Of a DNA stretch of 64,000 nucleotides, positions 1-9,920 are shown one piece after another. The notes under the pieces were generated by a model. The model saw nothing but the letters and a program-made list of their open reading frames with translations. It made no database searches and was not told the origin of the DNA. The position numbers and the translations under genes were made by a program. The first letter of the stretch is position 1. Every line of letters begins with the position of its first letter. Source of the stretch: a virus; the IMG/VR virus record IMGVR_UViG_3300002835_000015, positions 32,001 through 96,000 of that record; one strand, given 5' to 3'.

Positions 1-1
1 G

Positions 2-628
2 CCGGGTAATTTTAATAGTACAGCTTTTAGAGGCGGTGTACAAAGAAGAGAAAACGTTGCGTTAAATAAGTCTATTCTACCACAGTCAATCAACGGTGTT
101 AGGCAGAATACTAGTCCCGGTAACGCTTGGTCAACTACACTAAATGTCACAGGCGTACCACTTGTGCATCTTCAGAATGTTAATATCAGTTGCTCTCTTA
201 ATAGAGAAAGTGTTCAAGAACTTGGAAGAAAAGCTCCATATACTCGTTATGCCAACTTCCCAGTAGAAGTTACTTGTGAAATTGAAGCAATAACAACTTC
301 TGGAGACTTTGTTCAAGCTTTAGAAGAAGGTCTAAAGGCCAATCCGCCGGGAGATCCTAATGGTCAATTTAATGTTGGTCAAGCAAATTATGGCAACAAT
401 ACTAAGAATGAAAGAATTAGAATTGTTTTACATGATGGAACCATAATAGACCTTGGTAGTAAAAATAGACTATCATCTATTAATTATACTGGCGGTGACG
501 CTGGCGGTGGTAATGCTACTGTAACTTATAGTTATAGTACATATAACTCCCTAAGTGTTCTTCATCCAAATGATCCAGCAAATGTTGCAGCAACTGATTT
601 TGGTGGATTTTTCTATAATGGTCAATAA
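2..628 (+). CDS. Probable tail tube / major tail protein, 5'-truncated by window edge
   Basis: Frame is open from position 2 (PGNFNSTAFRGG...) into the listed 164..628 ORF. Beta-rich sequence with NRESVQELG..PY.RY..FPVEVT. Lies upstream of chaperone-like genes and the TMP. Confidence 0.6.
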   Translation, partial: PGNFNSTAFRGGVQRRENVALNKSILPQSINGVRQNTSPGNAWSTTLNVTGVPLVHLQNVNISCSLNRESVQELGRKAPYTRYANFPVEVTCEIEAITTSGDFVQALEEGLKANPPGDPNGQFNVGQANYGNNTKNERIRIVLHDGTIIDLGSKNRLSSINYTGGDAGGGNATVTYSYSTYNSLSVLHPNDPANVAATDFGGFFYNGQ

Positions 629-666
629 TCAATAGTATTTATTTTTAGGATTTTTAAGGAAACAAA

Positions 667-708
667 ATGAAACTCCCGCTTGTGAGAAAGCTGTATGAAG
701 CATCATGA
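667..708 (+). CDS. Putative 13-aa leader peptide MKLPLVRKLYEAS
   Basis: AAGGA at 656-660, 6-nt spacer, ATG 667, TGA 706-708. Lies within the 670-718 hairpin and overlaps ATG 695, which is in the +1 frame. Confidence 0.35.
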   Translation: MKLPLVRKLYEAS

Positions 709-720
709 GCGGGAGTTTTT
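670..720 (+). terminator. 16-bp hairpin plus U tract (terminator/attenuator-like)
   Basis: AAACTCCCGCTTGTGA (670-685) pairs with TCATGAGCGGGAGTTT (703-718) with 2 G-U pairs; T-rich tail follows. Sits just after the tail tube gene. Confidence 0.55.
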
Positions 721-1726
721 CGTTTCTATGATAAGGTCTGGCAAAGTATTCATAAGTCATAAGGATATAGATTTAGAAATATACCCACTAACACTTGATC
801 AATCTTTCAAATCTTGCCAAGTATATCAGAAAGCCTACGATAAAGCATATTCTGAAGAAATAATGACAGAAGAGGATATGGATCAATGGATGATGGAAAA
901 TGAACTTTGGACACTGCACGATGATAAGAAGGAGGAAGGACTCAAAAAAGACATTGAAAGACTAAAAGTAGAAATCTACAACGCTAGAGATAATGCTATG
1001 CTAGCTAGTAATTTAAGAAAATATATACGGGCGGGCGAAGCTCAAATAACATCTCACCTAAATAAAAAGTATATATATCATCAAAATACTTGCGAAGGCA
1101 TTGCTTCTTCTGAAAGGTTAGCTTGGATAATAAAAAATACGACATACTTCAATGGTAAGCTCTATAATTTTGAAGAATTGTCGTTGCAATACGTTGTAGA
1201 TGAATGGCAGTCGCACTTTATTTCAGAAAGTAAATCTAGAGAATTAGCTAGAAATGACCCTTGGAAATCGTTATGGGTCACTAGAGAAAGTTCTGGCTTT
1301 ACACTTTTTGCAAATCCGCCAAATACCGAATTAACTTATAACCAAAAGAATATTTTAATTTGGTCACAAATGTATGATAATATTCAAGAGTCTATGGAAT
1401 GTCCAAACAAAGAAGTTATAGAAGATGACGATATGCTAGACGGTTGGTTTATTATTCAGCATAAGAAGAGAGAGAAGGACAGGGTAGAAAAAGAATTCGA
1501 AAATAGCACTAAAAACGAAAAAATTAAGAATGCACCAGAGGTATTTGTTGTTGCCAGCAAAGAAAAAGCAGAAAAAATTAATGATATGAATGACATGAAT
1601 GCTAAGATGATAAAGCACCAAAGAAAACTCGCCCTTGATCGTTATGGATCTTTAGACGAGCAAAATCTACCGGATCAAAGAAGAAACATACAGGCCATGG
1701 CTAATAATCAAAACAGAGGAAAATAG
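695..1726 (+). CDS. Hypothetical protein, possible tail assembly chaperone
   Basis: 343-aa charged helical ORF between tail tube and TMP; P...VIEDDDMLDGW motif near the C-terminus. Confidence 0.45.
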   Translation: MKHHEREFFVSMIRSGKVFISHKDIDLEIYPLTLDQSFKSCQVYQKAYDKAYSEEIMTEEDMDQWMMENELWTLHDDKKEEGLKKDIERLKVEIYNARDNAMLASNLRKYIRAGEAQITSHLNKKYIYHQNTCEGIASSERLAWIIKNTTYFNGKLYNFEELSLQYVVDEWQSHFISESKSRELARNDPWKSLWVTRESSGFTLFANPPNTELTYNQKNILIWSQMYDNIQESMECPNKEVIEDDDMLDGWFIIQHKKREKDRVEKEFENSTKNEKIKNAPEVFVVASKEKAEKINDMNDMNAKMIKHQRKLALDRYGSLDEQNLPDQRRNIQAMANNQNRGK

Positions 1727-1736
1727 GAGGATAAAT

Positions 1737-2069
1737 ATGGAACCAGACTATAAAAAGGTTAGAGAATCAAAATACAAAGCCGACTCAAAAGATAGGTTGT
1801 CCAAAATTCTTAAAAAGAAAATACAGACTACTATGATTGGTGCTTTGAGTACTTTAGAAGAAAATTTTAGTTTTTTGTGGACTAATGAATCTGGAGAACC
1901 CTTATCAAAAGATCAAGAAGTCATGAAGAGCTTATACAATAAAGTAAGGTCAGAAATACTTGACCGAGGAAATAATCAAGCAAGAAATATTGACGCAGAA
2001 TTGGCTCAATATGAAGTTGAGTGGACAAGATATCAAATGAAAATACCCGTAATCAATCCTAATAACTAA
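1737..2069 (+). CDS. Hypothetical protein (tail region)
   Basis: 110-aa ORF with GGAGG SD. Confidence 0.6.
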   Translation: MEPDYKKVRESKYKADSKDRLSKILKKKIQTTMIGALSTLEENFSFLWTNESGEPLSKDQEVMKSLYNKVRSEILDRGNNQARNIDAELAQYEVEWTRYQMKIPVINPNN

Positions 2070-2084
2070 TAACTGGAGGAAACC

Positions 2085-2963
2085 ATGTCGCAGGATAAGG
2101 AAAAGATCGTTGATGTTAAAACTACAAGAGATGGTAAAGAAGAAACAACTAAAATAGTTGTAAAACGCCCAAGTAGTTCAGTAATTTCTCAGGCGCAAAG
2201 AGTCGGAGCCAAAGCTTGGACTGATTGCGTTCGTGATGGGATTATGACTAAAAAGGAACTAGAAAAGTTTATGAAAGAACAAGGTATTTGGGACGAAGGC
2301 AAAGACGAAGAACAAAAGAAGGTAATTCAAGAGATTGCAAATCTTGAAAGAAGTCTATATGTGAGTGGAAATGCAGGGAAAAAGCTTAAGGCTTCTGAAG
2401 GCAAAAACATTGCTATTCAGATGAGAATTAAGAGAAATGAGCTTAGAGACTTAATTGCTGAGAAAATGAGCCTTGAGCAAAATACCGCAGAATCCATTTC
2501 TGATAACGTAAGATTTGACTACCTTGTTGCTAGTTGCACTTATTATGAAAATGGTCAGAAAGTGTATAATGATCTAGATGACTATAAGGAAAGATCTGAT
2601 GATCAGATCGCTTTTAGCGCAGCTTCTAGTCTAGCATCCATGATGTATTCTGTAGATAAGGATTTTGAGGCCAAACTGCCAGAAAACAAATTCCTTAAAA
2701 TGTTCCATTTTGTGGATGATAATCTAAGCTTGGTAAATGATAAGGGCGAAACAGTAGATACAGACGGTAAGAGAATAGATAAGCAAGGATATTGGCTTAA
2801 TGATGAAGGCAAGAGAGTAGATAAAGATGGCAATGTTCTTGATGAAAATGGCAATTATGTCCCTACCGTAACATATGTAGACGACGAGGATAAAGAAGTA
2901 AAAGTAGAAGAAACAGAAAAACCCGCTAAGAAAAAGAAGTCAACAGCAACGGATAGTGAATGA
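2085..2963 (+). CDS. Probable tail assembly chaperone with C-terminal xDxxG repeats
   Basis: 292 aa, GGAGGA SD, immediately upstream of the TMP; repeats NDKGETV/DTDGKRI/DKQGYWL/NDEGKRV/DKDGNVL/DENGNYV. Confidence 0.5.
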   Translation: MSQDKEKIVDVKTTRDGKEETTKIVVKRPSSSVISQAQRVGAKAWTDCVRDGIMTKKELEKFMKEQGIWDEGKDEEQKKVIQEIANLERSLYVSGNAGKKLKASEGKNIAIQMRIKRNELRDLIAEKMSLEQNTAESISDNVRFDYLVASCTYYENGQKVYNDLDDYKERSDDQIAFSAASSLASMMYSVDKDFEAKLPENKFLKMFHFVDDNLSLVNDKGETVDTDGKRIDKQGYWLNDEGKRVDKDGNVLDENGNYVPTVTYVDDEDKEVKVEETEKPAKKKKSTATDSE

Positions 2964-2996
2964 GATAGAGTTGTGTGGCATCAGTAAAGGAGAATT

Positions 2997-5900
2997 ATGT
3001 CCAAATTCGTACTGACCGCACAATTACAGCTACAAGCCCCGAATAATGTTAAGCAAGTTGTACAACAAATACAAACCCAGTTAAATGGCGTTAGTGTTAA
3101 CATACAAGTCCAGAATGCTGGACAAGCTCAAAAACAAATTCAGCAAGTAGCTCAAGCAACTAATCAAGCAACAACAGCAGCAGAACGCATGGGTAAAGCA
3201 TTTGCTCTATCTATTAGGCGTTTTGCTGCCTTTTCTATTGCCACGCGGGCGGTTGGCTTATTCACCAGTACTCTTGGTGATGCTGTTCAAGCATCCATTG
3301 ACTTTGAGAGGCAATTGATTAAAGTCTCTCAGGTCACTGGAAAAAGCATAGGTCAGCTTCGTGGACTAACTAAGCAAATTACTGATTTGTCTACTGGATT
3401 TGGTGTTGCATCTTCTGATTTACTTAATGTTTCTACAATTTTAGCACAAGCCGGTTTAAGTGCTGAAGACACATCGGCAGCATTAAGAACGTTAGCAAAA
3501 GCTGCTCTTGCCCCTAACTTTGATAGCATAACAGAAACGGCAGAAGGTGCTATTGCTATCTTAGCACAATTTGGTCAAGGCGTTGGAGCATTAGAAAAGC
3601 AGCTTGGTTCTATTAACGCTGTAGCCGGTGCATTCGCCGTAGAAGCCAGTGACTTAATTGACGTTGTTCGTAGAACGGGTGGTGTATTCAAATCTTCTGG
3701 TGGTAATCTTAATGAACTTTTAGCACTATTTACTAGCGTAAGAGCCACAACCCGAGAGAGTGCTGAAAGTATTGGTACTGGCTTACGTACAATCTTCACA
3801 CGTATCCAGCGACCAAAGACCATTGAATACTTAAAACAGTTTGGTGTTGAACTAACAGACTTAGATGGTAAGTTTGTTGGCCCATACGAAGCCATTAAAA
3901 GGCTAAGTGAGGCATTAGCTGGACTTGGCGATGGTGATGTTACATTTATTAGAATTGCTGAAGAGCTTGGTGGATTCCGACAAATTGGTAAAGTTCTTCC
4001 ACTATTACAGCAATTCTCTACTGCTCAGTCTGCGCTTAATGTCGCAATGAAAGCGGGCGATTCTTTAACTCAAGATGCTGCATCGGCACAGGCGGCACTT
4101 GCTGTTAGAATTATGAAAGTCAAAGAAGAATTTTTGGCATTAATTCGTAGTATTACTGAAACTTCTACTTTTCAGATAATGGCAAATACTGCGCTATCAT
4201 TAGCTTCAGCTTTAATCAAAATTGGAGATTCTATTAAACCACTACTACCAATGCTTGCTGCTTTAGCAACTTTTAGATTAGCTAAAGGATTGGGTGGTTT
4301 TTTTGGTGGCATGATGAGTGGTGCTGCTTCTGGACGAACTTATAATAAAGGTGGTAAAGTTCTTGGGTTTGCTAGAGGTGGTTTAGTTCCCGGTACTGGG
4401 AACGGAGATACTGTTCCTGCGATGTTAGCTCCCGGTGAATTTGTTATACGCAAAAGTAGCGTCAACAAGATGGGTGCTGGAAGACTAGCAGCGATGAATG
4501 AAAATCGATATGCGGCTGGTGGAATCACAAAAGCAAAACAAATGGGCATGTCTACGGCTGATGTTTTATCATCCTCTCGCGCTTCCATTAAATCTCCTAG
4601 ATTTTCAAGAGAATCTTCTGTTGGTATAGCCACTACTTCTTATCTACCGCAACCTGCTTCTTCTAATATTTCTATCGATAGAGATTCTGATGTTATTAAT
4701 CAAGTTATAGGAGGCGTTGGATATAGTTTATCTTCTAAATTTGGTCCAAAAAATTCTTTAGAGGCAATACAAAGTTTATTCAAGGGTAAGAAAAATTTTG
4801 CATTTGGAGCTACCATAGAGGGTGTTGGCAGAGATGAAGAATCTCAATTTGCTAATATAATTAATCAATCTATTTCAACAGCTATTGACACATCTGCAAA
4901 TAGATTCGCTACAGAGGTAATGAAAACATCACCACCCGGATCGGTGAAAAAATTATCATCTTTTTATAATACTTTAGACCAAGGTTTTCGTGGTCAATTA
5001 TTTGAAAATACTATTTCAGCATTAGCTGGCAAACCCCTATCTGGACAAGATTCAAGAAGACCATTTGACTTCACAAGAGGTATTGGCAAGTTTAGAAGTA
5101 TCTATGGTAATCTTGGCATGGATTATATAGATGCTAAAATTACAAAATCATCAGCTGGTTTAGGAACAACAGGTTTATTGACTAGTCCCGGTGAGGACGC
5201 TTTAAAATCTAAAGTCTCTGGTCAACTTGCCCTAGAAAGTTTGCCATTCATTCAATCTATTATTGGATCTGCTAAAAAAAGATATTTTGGTGGACTTATC
5301 CAAAAGTTTGCAGAAGGTGGTGAAGTATTAGAAAGAGGAACACAAAAATATTTAATCTCCGACGTTGTTAAGGGGATGAGAGAATTACAGGGCAATTCAG
5401 CATTAAGCGAGAAAGACGCTATTGCTTTATTTAACTCCAAAGATGCCCGTGGAGATTTTATTTATACTAACTTTGGTGGACCGGGAAGTGTAAAACTACC
5501 AAAGTGGATGGGAACTTATAGGCCACAATCGGCAGCTTATGGGGCATTTCAGAAAGCCCAAGCCGATAAACAAAATAGAATATCTGATGCAATGAGAAGG
5601 CAGGGCAAATCTATGCGAGATTATGAAACTCGCCGTGAATTTGCTACCGGCGGTGGAGTTGGTACTGATACCGTTCCCGCCCTATTAACTCCCGGTGAGT
5701 TTGTTGTTAATCGTAAGTCTGCACAGCGTATTGGTTATGGTTCGTTAAATAGGATGAACAAGGTTGGAAAATATGCGAATGGTGGAGTTGTTCAACACTT
5801 TGCGGCTGGATCTTCTGGTTCTGGAGTTAAAGCCCCCGGCGACTTAGCCGCTAGTGGAGCAAGAGTTACAGATGCAATAATGGGCAAATTAAGTCCTAAA

Positions 5901-8900
5901 GATGCAGCTTTAGTCAAAGATTCGATGAAAAAGAATTCTGACACATTTGATAAACTTACTAAAGAGATGCAGGACTTACTCTTTATGGAAGAAGAAGTAA
6001 CAGCTGCATATAAAGCATTAGCTAGAGCTTTAAAATCTGGAGTATCAGCAGAAGAAGCTCATCGTCAAGCATTAGCTGCCGCTGATGCGCAATTAAATGC
6101 TGGCAAAGGTGGAACAGGAATACCAGCTAGTAGTAGCGGCGTTTTAAGAGAAGCATCAATGACGGCAGAAGCAGAGGATGCAAAGGCAAGAACAAAGGTT
6201 GGACAATATAAAAGCGAAACAGGACCGTTAGGTAGAACTTTTGCTACTGAACAGGAAAAAAATGTAGCACTTCTTGAAAATAAAGCTAAAAAAGGACAAG
6301 TAACGGCAGAAGACCTTGGCAAAGGTCTAGGTGATGGTTTAAGTCAATCTCAAGCAAAAGCAATTGCCGCAACAAATGCCCAAGCAATAGCATCTCAAAA
6401 AGCTGCTCAGTCTAATATGACAGAAGCTGCCGCTTCAGATAAAGCAGCAAAAGCTGATGCAGCAGAAGCTGTAAGTAGTTCTAAAGCTTCTGGTATGGAT
6501 TTTGGCAATGTAGCAATGGGACTTTCTATGGTTAGTGGAACAATTCAGTCTATGCTGCCACCATTAGATGAAAATGCTAGCTTACTTACACAAATGTCTC
6601 ATGGTGTTCTTGGAGTTATAACAACTATAACTGGTTTAGCTTTTGCTGCATCTGCATTTGGTATTACTTTGAATGCTTCTACAGTTGCTTCTATGGCATC
6701 CACAGCGGCTAGTTTTTTGATGGGTACTGCCGGTGCCGCTGCTAGCACAGCAACATTAACATTAGCTGGTTCTGCTACATTAGCTGCTGCTGGAACTACT
6801 GGATTTGCTGCGGCAGCATTTACGGCTGCGGCAGGATTATTGACGGCGATGGCACCATTTATAGCTGCCGCCGTTGCTGTTGCTGGACCATTATTGTTAA
6901 TAGTTGGCATTGCATACGCTGTAACTAAAGCGTTTAATTTTATGATTGGTGCTTTTTATGATAAGTCTAAAGAATTAAAGAAAGCGACAGAAGAAGGTAA
7001 AGTACAAGAAGCTTCTAAATTAGCTGGACAACAATATGATTTAGAAGCTGCTAATAGCACTAGAGCTTTATATGGTACAATGGGTGCTGGTATTGGTGCA
7101 TTTTTTGGTGGTCCATTTGGAGCATTAATTGGTGCAGCTATAGGAAATCTTGGAGGAACGTTACTGGCTTATATTGCACCCGATTTTACAGAAGGTATCA
7201 ATGTTTTATTTGGTGGAAATACTAGAGCTAGTGCTGTTGCATTAGCCGCAGCCCAAGCTGGAGCAGTTAAGACTCAAAAATCCTTAGATGAAGCTCAAAA
7301 AATAGCTGCTAAAGCTATGGATGATTTTAAAAATGGAACCATATCTGCTTCTGATGCTCTAGCAAAGATTAGAGCTAAAAGTGGTGAAGCGGCATCTCAA
7401 GTGGGAAGAGCAGCTTCACTTGCAAAAGAAAATAGTAAAAATAGATCTACTGGGGCATTGAGCTATGGTCGAGAAACTATGGCCTATTTAAGTTTAGGTT
7501 ATGTTGACTCGGCAAAAGAAAGAAATGATAAGTTAAGCACTCAAAATGTAGAACAAATTAATAATGCATCCAAACAACAACAAGAAGCTTTTAATGTTGA
7601 AAGTCCTGCTAGGCAAGCTGCTATTAGATCTGGCTTAGCGAGGGGTGGCAATGCAAAAGATATCAGAACACAAGCGATGGGTAGTCTTCGAAGTCAGCGA
7701 GAAGAAGCTTTAAAAACCGCTCAATCTGCTGCAAAATCTGGAGATGATACAACTTATGATGCTGCTATAGCTCAAGCCAAGCAAATAGCTGATCAAATGG
7801 AGCAAGTAGATAAAGAAATAGAGAATATTGAGAAAGAGGTTAAGCGTCAAAAAGAATTGTATAATGCTATGAATCTTGGTTTGCGTTCTGCGGTTGCGAC
7901 TGCTACCGCATTATCAGCTAACATGAATAATTTTTCTGCCGGTCTAGAGGTTGGTGGATCAGCATTCGTAAATGATGTTGAATTTTTACAGCAAGCTATG
8001 AGTAGTTCTGCTCAAGCTATGGACCCCGCAGAAATTCAGAATGCTGTTAAGGGTGTATCAGATAATCTTAGACAGTTTGGATCTTCTGAGCAGTATATTA
8101 AGAAATTTGAAGGTAATGTTGCCGCATTTACTCAAGCTCAAGCCGGTTATAACACAGCTTTCAATAATATTAAGAAGTCAATGTCTGATGCCGATTTTAA
8201 GAATTTAAGTCCAGACGATCTAAAAAAGAAATTTGCAGAAGAATTAACTAAGGGTATGGGTCCAGATGTTTCCGAAGATGCCAAAAAGAATCTAAAATCA
8301 GTTATTGAAGGAATGGAATTAGATACCGGAGAAGTAGATAAAATACTTGCTGGAGATTTAAGCGTATTTGGAGATAAACTATCTGAATCTCAAAAGAAAA
8401 TGCTTGAAGATGTTCAGAAAATTGCTGCCGAAAGAGCAAAAGCTGAACAAGTATTAATTGACTTTACTAAGAAGAGAATTGATGCTGAAAGAAATCTAGT
8501 TCAAGCACAGCAAGAAGCTCTTGACTTGACTATGGAGGGTCGTGAAATTCAAGGTAAATATGGTGGCAAAGCCGTTACCGGACAAGAAAGAAGAAACAAC
8601 TTATTAGCCAAGTCTAATGCCGAAAGCGGTAGGCTAGGTCTAACAAATATGAGAACTGGCAGCATAGGAGAGTTAAGACAAAGAAATACTGAAATTAAGA
8701 ATAGTTTTGCCGCTATAGAAGCCAAAAGAAGTCAAAAGGGTGGAATGTCAGGAAAATCTGGCGTAGAAGCTGATGAAACTCAAAAAGACTTACAGAAAGC
8801 CTATAAGACACAAATTGATACAATAAGAGGATTAATCAAACTAGAAGAAGAGCAGCTTAAAATTACTCAAGAGAAAAACAAGCTTGAAAAAGATTCTATG

Positions 8901-9920
8901 GAGTCTTTAATCAAGGGAGATGTTGAAGATTTCTTTAAGAAACAATCTGCTGTTGGTGCTACTGCCGCTATAGCAAGCGGAGATAGTAGATTACAAAACT
9001 TTTATGGTGCTGATGCTCTTGGGATGGCATATCAAGATATTCAACGTCAACAAGATGCTGGCGTCCAAGAATTATATGGTCAACAACTCGCTGGCCCCGG
9101 CGGTTTAACAGAAGCTGCCGCTGGTTCTGCTCTATCAGCAAGAGGTGTAACTGATATGAGAGCAGCACAAGTAATGGCTGGAACAACAGCCGAAGAAGAA
9201 GCTAGTAAATCAAGGCTTCGTGAGCTAGGCGGAATGTTAGGAGAAACTGGACAAGTTGGAACAGAAATAGCAGAAATGCAAGTAAAAACATCCGTTGTTA
9301 ATTTAACAGCAGCACAAGTTACATTTGACAAAACTATGGAAAGGGGCAATGAAAAAGCTAAAGAAGCTCAAGCAATAGAAAATCAACGAGCAATGTCTAG
9401 GGGTGGCGTTGTATATGCAAGTCGTGGTATATTTGTACCCAGAGGGACTGACACTGTTCCAGCCATGTTAACACCGGGTGAATTTGTAGTTAATAGAGGC
9501 GCAGTCCAACGTGGTAATAATTTACAACTGCTACACGCAATGAATAACAATAACAGCGTAGGGGCTGTTAGCTCAGATGGTAGTGCCGTTGGTATGGCAA
9601 GAGGTGGTAGGGTTCAATACTTTTCTGAAGGTGGACAAGCTGGCGGTGGCGGATTCTTCTCTGGAATGTTTGATGGATTATCAAAGTTCGCTACCACGTT
9701 TGGTGCTGAAATATCTTCAGCCGTAGAAAAACTTAAAGGAATTAATATAAGTATTAAATTAGACTCTACAAATGTCAATGTTAACTTAAATGATGGAGGG
9801 TTATTAAAAGCCCTTACTGGCGAAGTTCAAACAAAGATATTTGAGTCTATAGAGTCACAGTTTAGAGTAGTAGAGGGTGGAAAACTAAAAAGAGATAGTA
9901 AGGTCTTAGGAAATAGATAA
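2997..9920 (+). CDS. Tail tape measure protein with internal cargo segments
   Basis: 2307 aa. TP901-like core (FERQLIKVSQVTG...), Ala/Gly-rich hydrophobic segment ~6500-7200, coiled coils, three DTVPA[ML]LxPGEFV modules. Confidence 0.92.
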   Translation: MSKFVLTAQLQLQAPNNVKQVVQQIQTQLNGVSVNIQVQNAGQAQKQIQQVAQATNQATTAAERMGKAFALSIRRFAAFSIATRAVGLFTSTLGDAVQASIDFERQLIKVSQVTGKSIGQLRGLTKQITDLSTGFGVASSDLLNVSTILAQAGLSAEDTSAALRTLAKAALAPNFDSITETAEGAIAILAQFGQGVGALEKQLGSINAVAGAFAVEASDLIDVVRRTGGVFKSSGGNLNELLALFTSVRATTRESAESIGTGLRTIFTRIQRPKTIEYLKQFGVELTDLDGKFVGPYEAIKRLSEALAGLGDGDVTFIRIAEELGGFRQIGKVLPLLQQFSTAQSALNVAMKAGDSLTQDAASAQAALAVRIMKVKEEFLALIRSITETSTFQIMANTALSLASALIKIGDSIKPLLPMLAALATFRLAKGLGGFFGGMMSGAASGRTYNKGGKVLGFARGGLVPGTGNGDTVPAMLAPGEFVIRKSSVNKMGAGRLAAMNENRYAAGGITKAKQMGMSTADVLSSSRASIKSPRFSRESSVGIATTSYLPQPASSNISIDRDSDVINQVIGGVGYSLSSKFGPKNSLEAIQSLFKGKKNFAFGATIEGVGRDEESQFANIINQSISTAIDTSANRFATEVMKTSPPGSVKKLSSFYNTLDQGFRGQLFENTISALAGKPLSGQDSRRPFDFTRGIGKFRSIYGNLGMDYIDAKITKSSAGLGTTGLLTSPGEDALKSKVSGQLALESLPFIQSIIGSAKKRYFGGLIQKFAEGGEVLERGTQKYLISDVVKGMRELQGNSALSEKDAIALFNSKDARGDFIYTNFGGPGSVKLPKWMGTYRPQSAAYGAFQKAQADKQNRISDAMRRQGKSMRDYETRREFATGGGVGTDTVPALLTPGEFVVNRKSAQRIGYGSLNRMNKVGKYANGGVVQHFAAGSSGSGVKAPGDLAASGARVTDAIMGKLSPKDAALVKDSMKKNSDTFDKLTKEMQDLLFMEEEVTAAYKALARALKSGVSAEEAHRQALAAADAQLNAGKGGTGIPASSSGVLREASMTAEAEDAKARTKVGQYKSETGPLGRTFATEQEKNVALLENKAKKGQVTAEDLGKGLGDGLSQSQAKAIAATNAQAIASQKAAQSNMTEAAASDKAAKADAAEAVSSSKASGMDFGNVAMGLSMVSGTIQSMLPPLDENASLLTQMSHGVLGVITTITGLAFAASAFGITLNASTVASMASTAASFLMGTAGAAASTATLTLAGSATLAAAGTTGFAAAAFTAAAGLLTAMAPFIAAAVAVAGPLLLIVGIAYAVTKAFNFMIGAFYDKSKELKKATEEGKVQEASKLAGQQYDLEAANSTRALYGTMGAGIGAFFGGPFGALIGAAIGNLGGTLLAYIAPDFTEGINVLFGGNTRASAVALAAAQAGAVKTQKSLDEAQKIAAKAMDDFKNGTISASDALAKIRAKSGEAASQVGRAASLAKENSKNRSTGALSYGRETMAYLSLGYVDSAKERNDKLSTQNVEQINNASKQQQEAFNVESPARQAAIRSGLARGGNAKDIRTQAMGSLRSQREEALKTAQSAAKSGDDTTYDAAIAQAKQIADQMEQVDKEIENIEKEVKRQKELYNAMNLGLRSAVATATALSANMNNFSAGLEVGGSAFVNDVEFLQQAMSSSAQAMDPAEIQNAVKGVSDNLRQFGSSEQYIKKFEGNVAAFTQAQAGYNTAFNNIKKSMSDADFKNLSPDDLKKKFAEELTKGMGPDVSEDAKKNLKSVIEGMELDTGEVDKILAGDLSVFGDKLSESQKKMLEDVQKIAAERAKAEQVLIDFTKKRIDAERNLVQAQQEALDLTMEGREIQGKYGGKAVTGQERRNNLLAKSNAESGRLGLTNMRTGSIGELRQRNTEIKNSFAAIEAKRSQKGGMSGKSGVEADETQKDLQKAYKTQIDTIRGLIKLEEEQLKITQEKNKLEKDSMESLIKGDVEDFFKKQSAVGATAAIASGDSRLQNFYGADALGMAYQDIQRQQDAGVQELYGQQLAGPGGLTEAAAGSALSARGVTDMRAAQVMAGTTAEEEASKSRLRELGGMLGETGQVGTEIAEMQVKTSVVNLTAAQVTFDKTMERGNEKAKEAQAIENQRAMSRGGVVYASRGIFVPRGTDTVPAMLTPGEFVVNRGAVQRGNNLQLLHAMNNNNSVGAVSSDGSAVGMARGGRVQYFSEGGQAGGGGFFSGMFDGLSKFATTFGAEISSAVEKLKGINISIKLDSTNVNVNLNDGGLLKALTGEVQTKIFESIESQFRVVEGGKLKRDSKVLGNR

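Noticed and set aside
695-2963. Classical -1 slippery-site frameshift joining the chaperone ORFs
   Set aside because: The AAAAAAG near 944 is not in the X-XXY-YYZ frame, no in-frame heptamer was seen near the ORF ends, and downstream ORFs have their own SD sequences.
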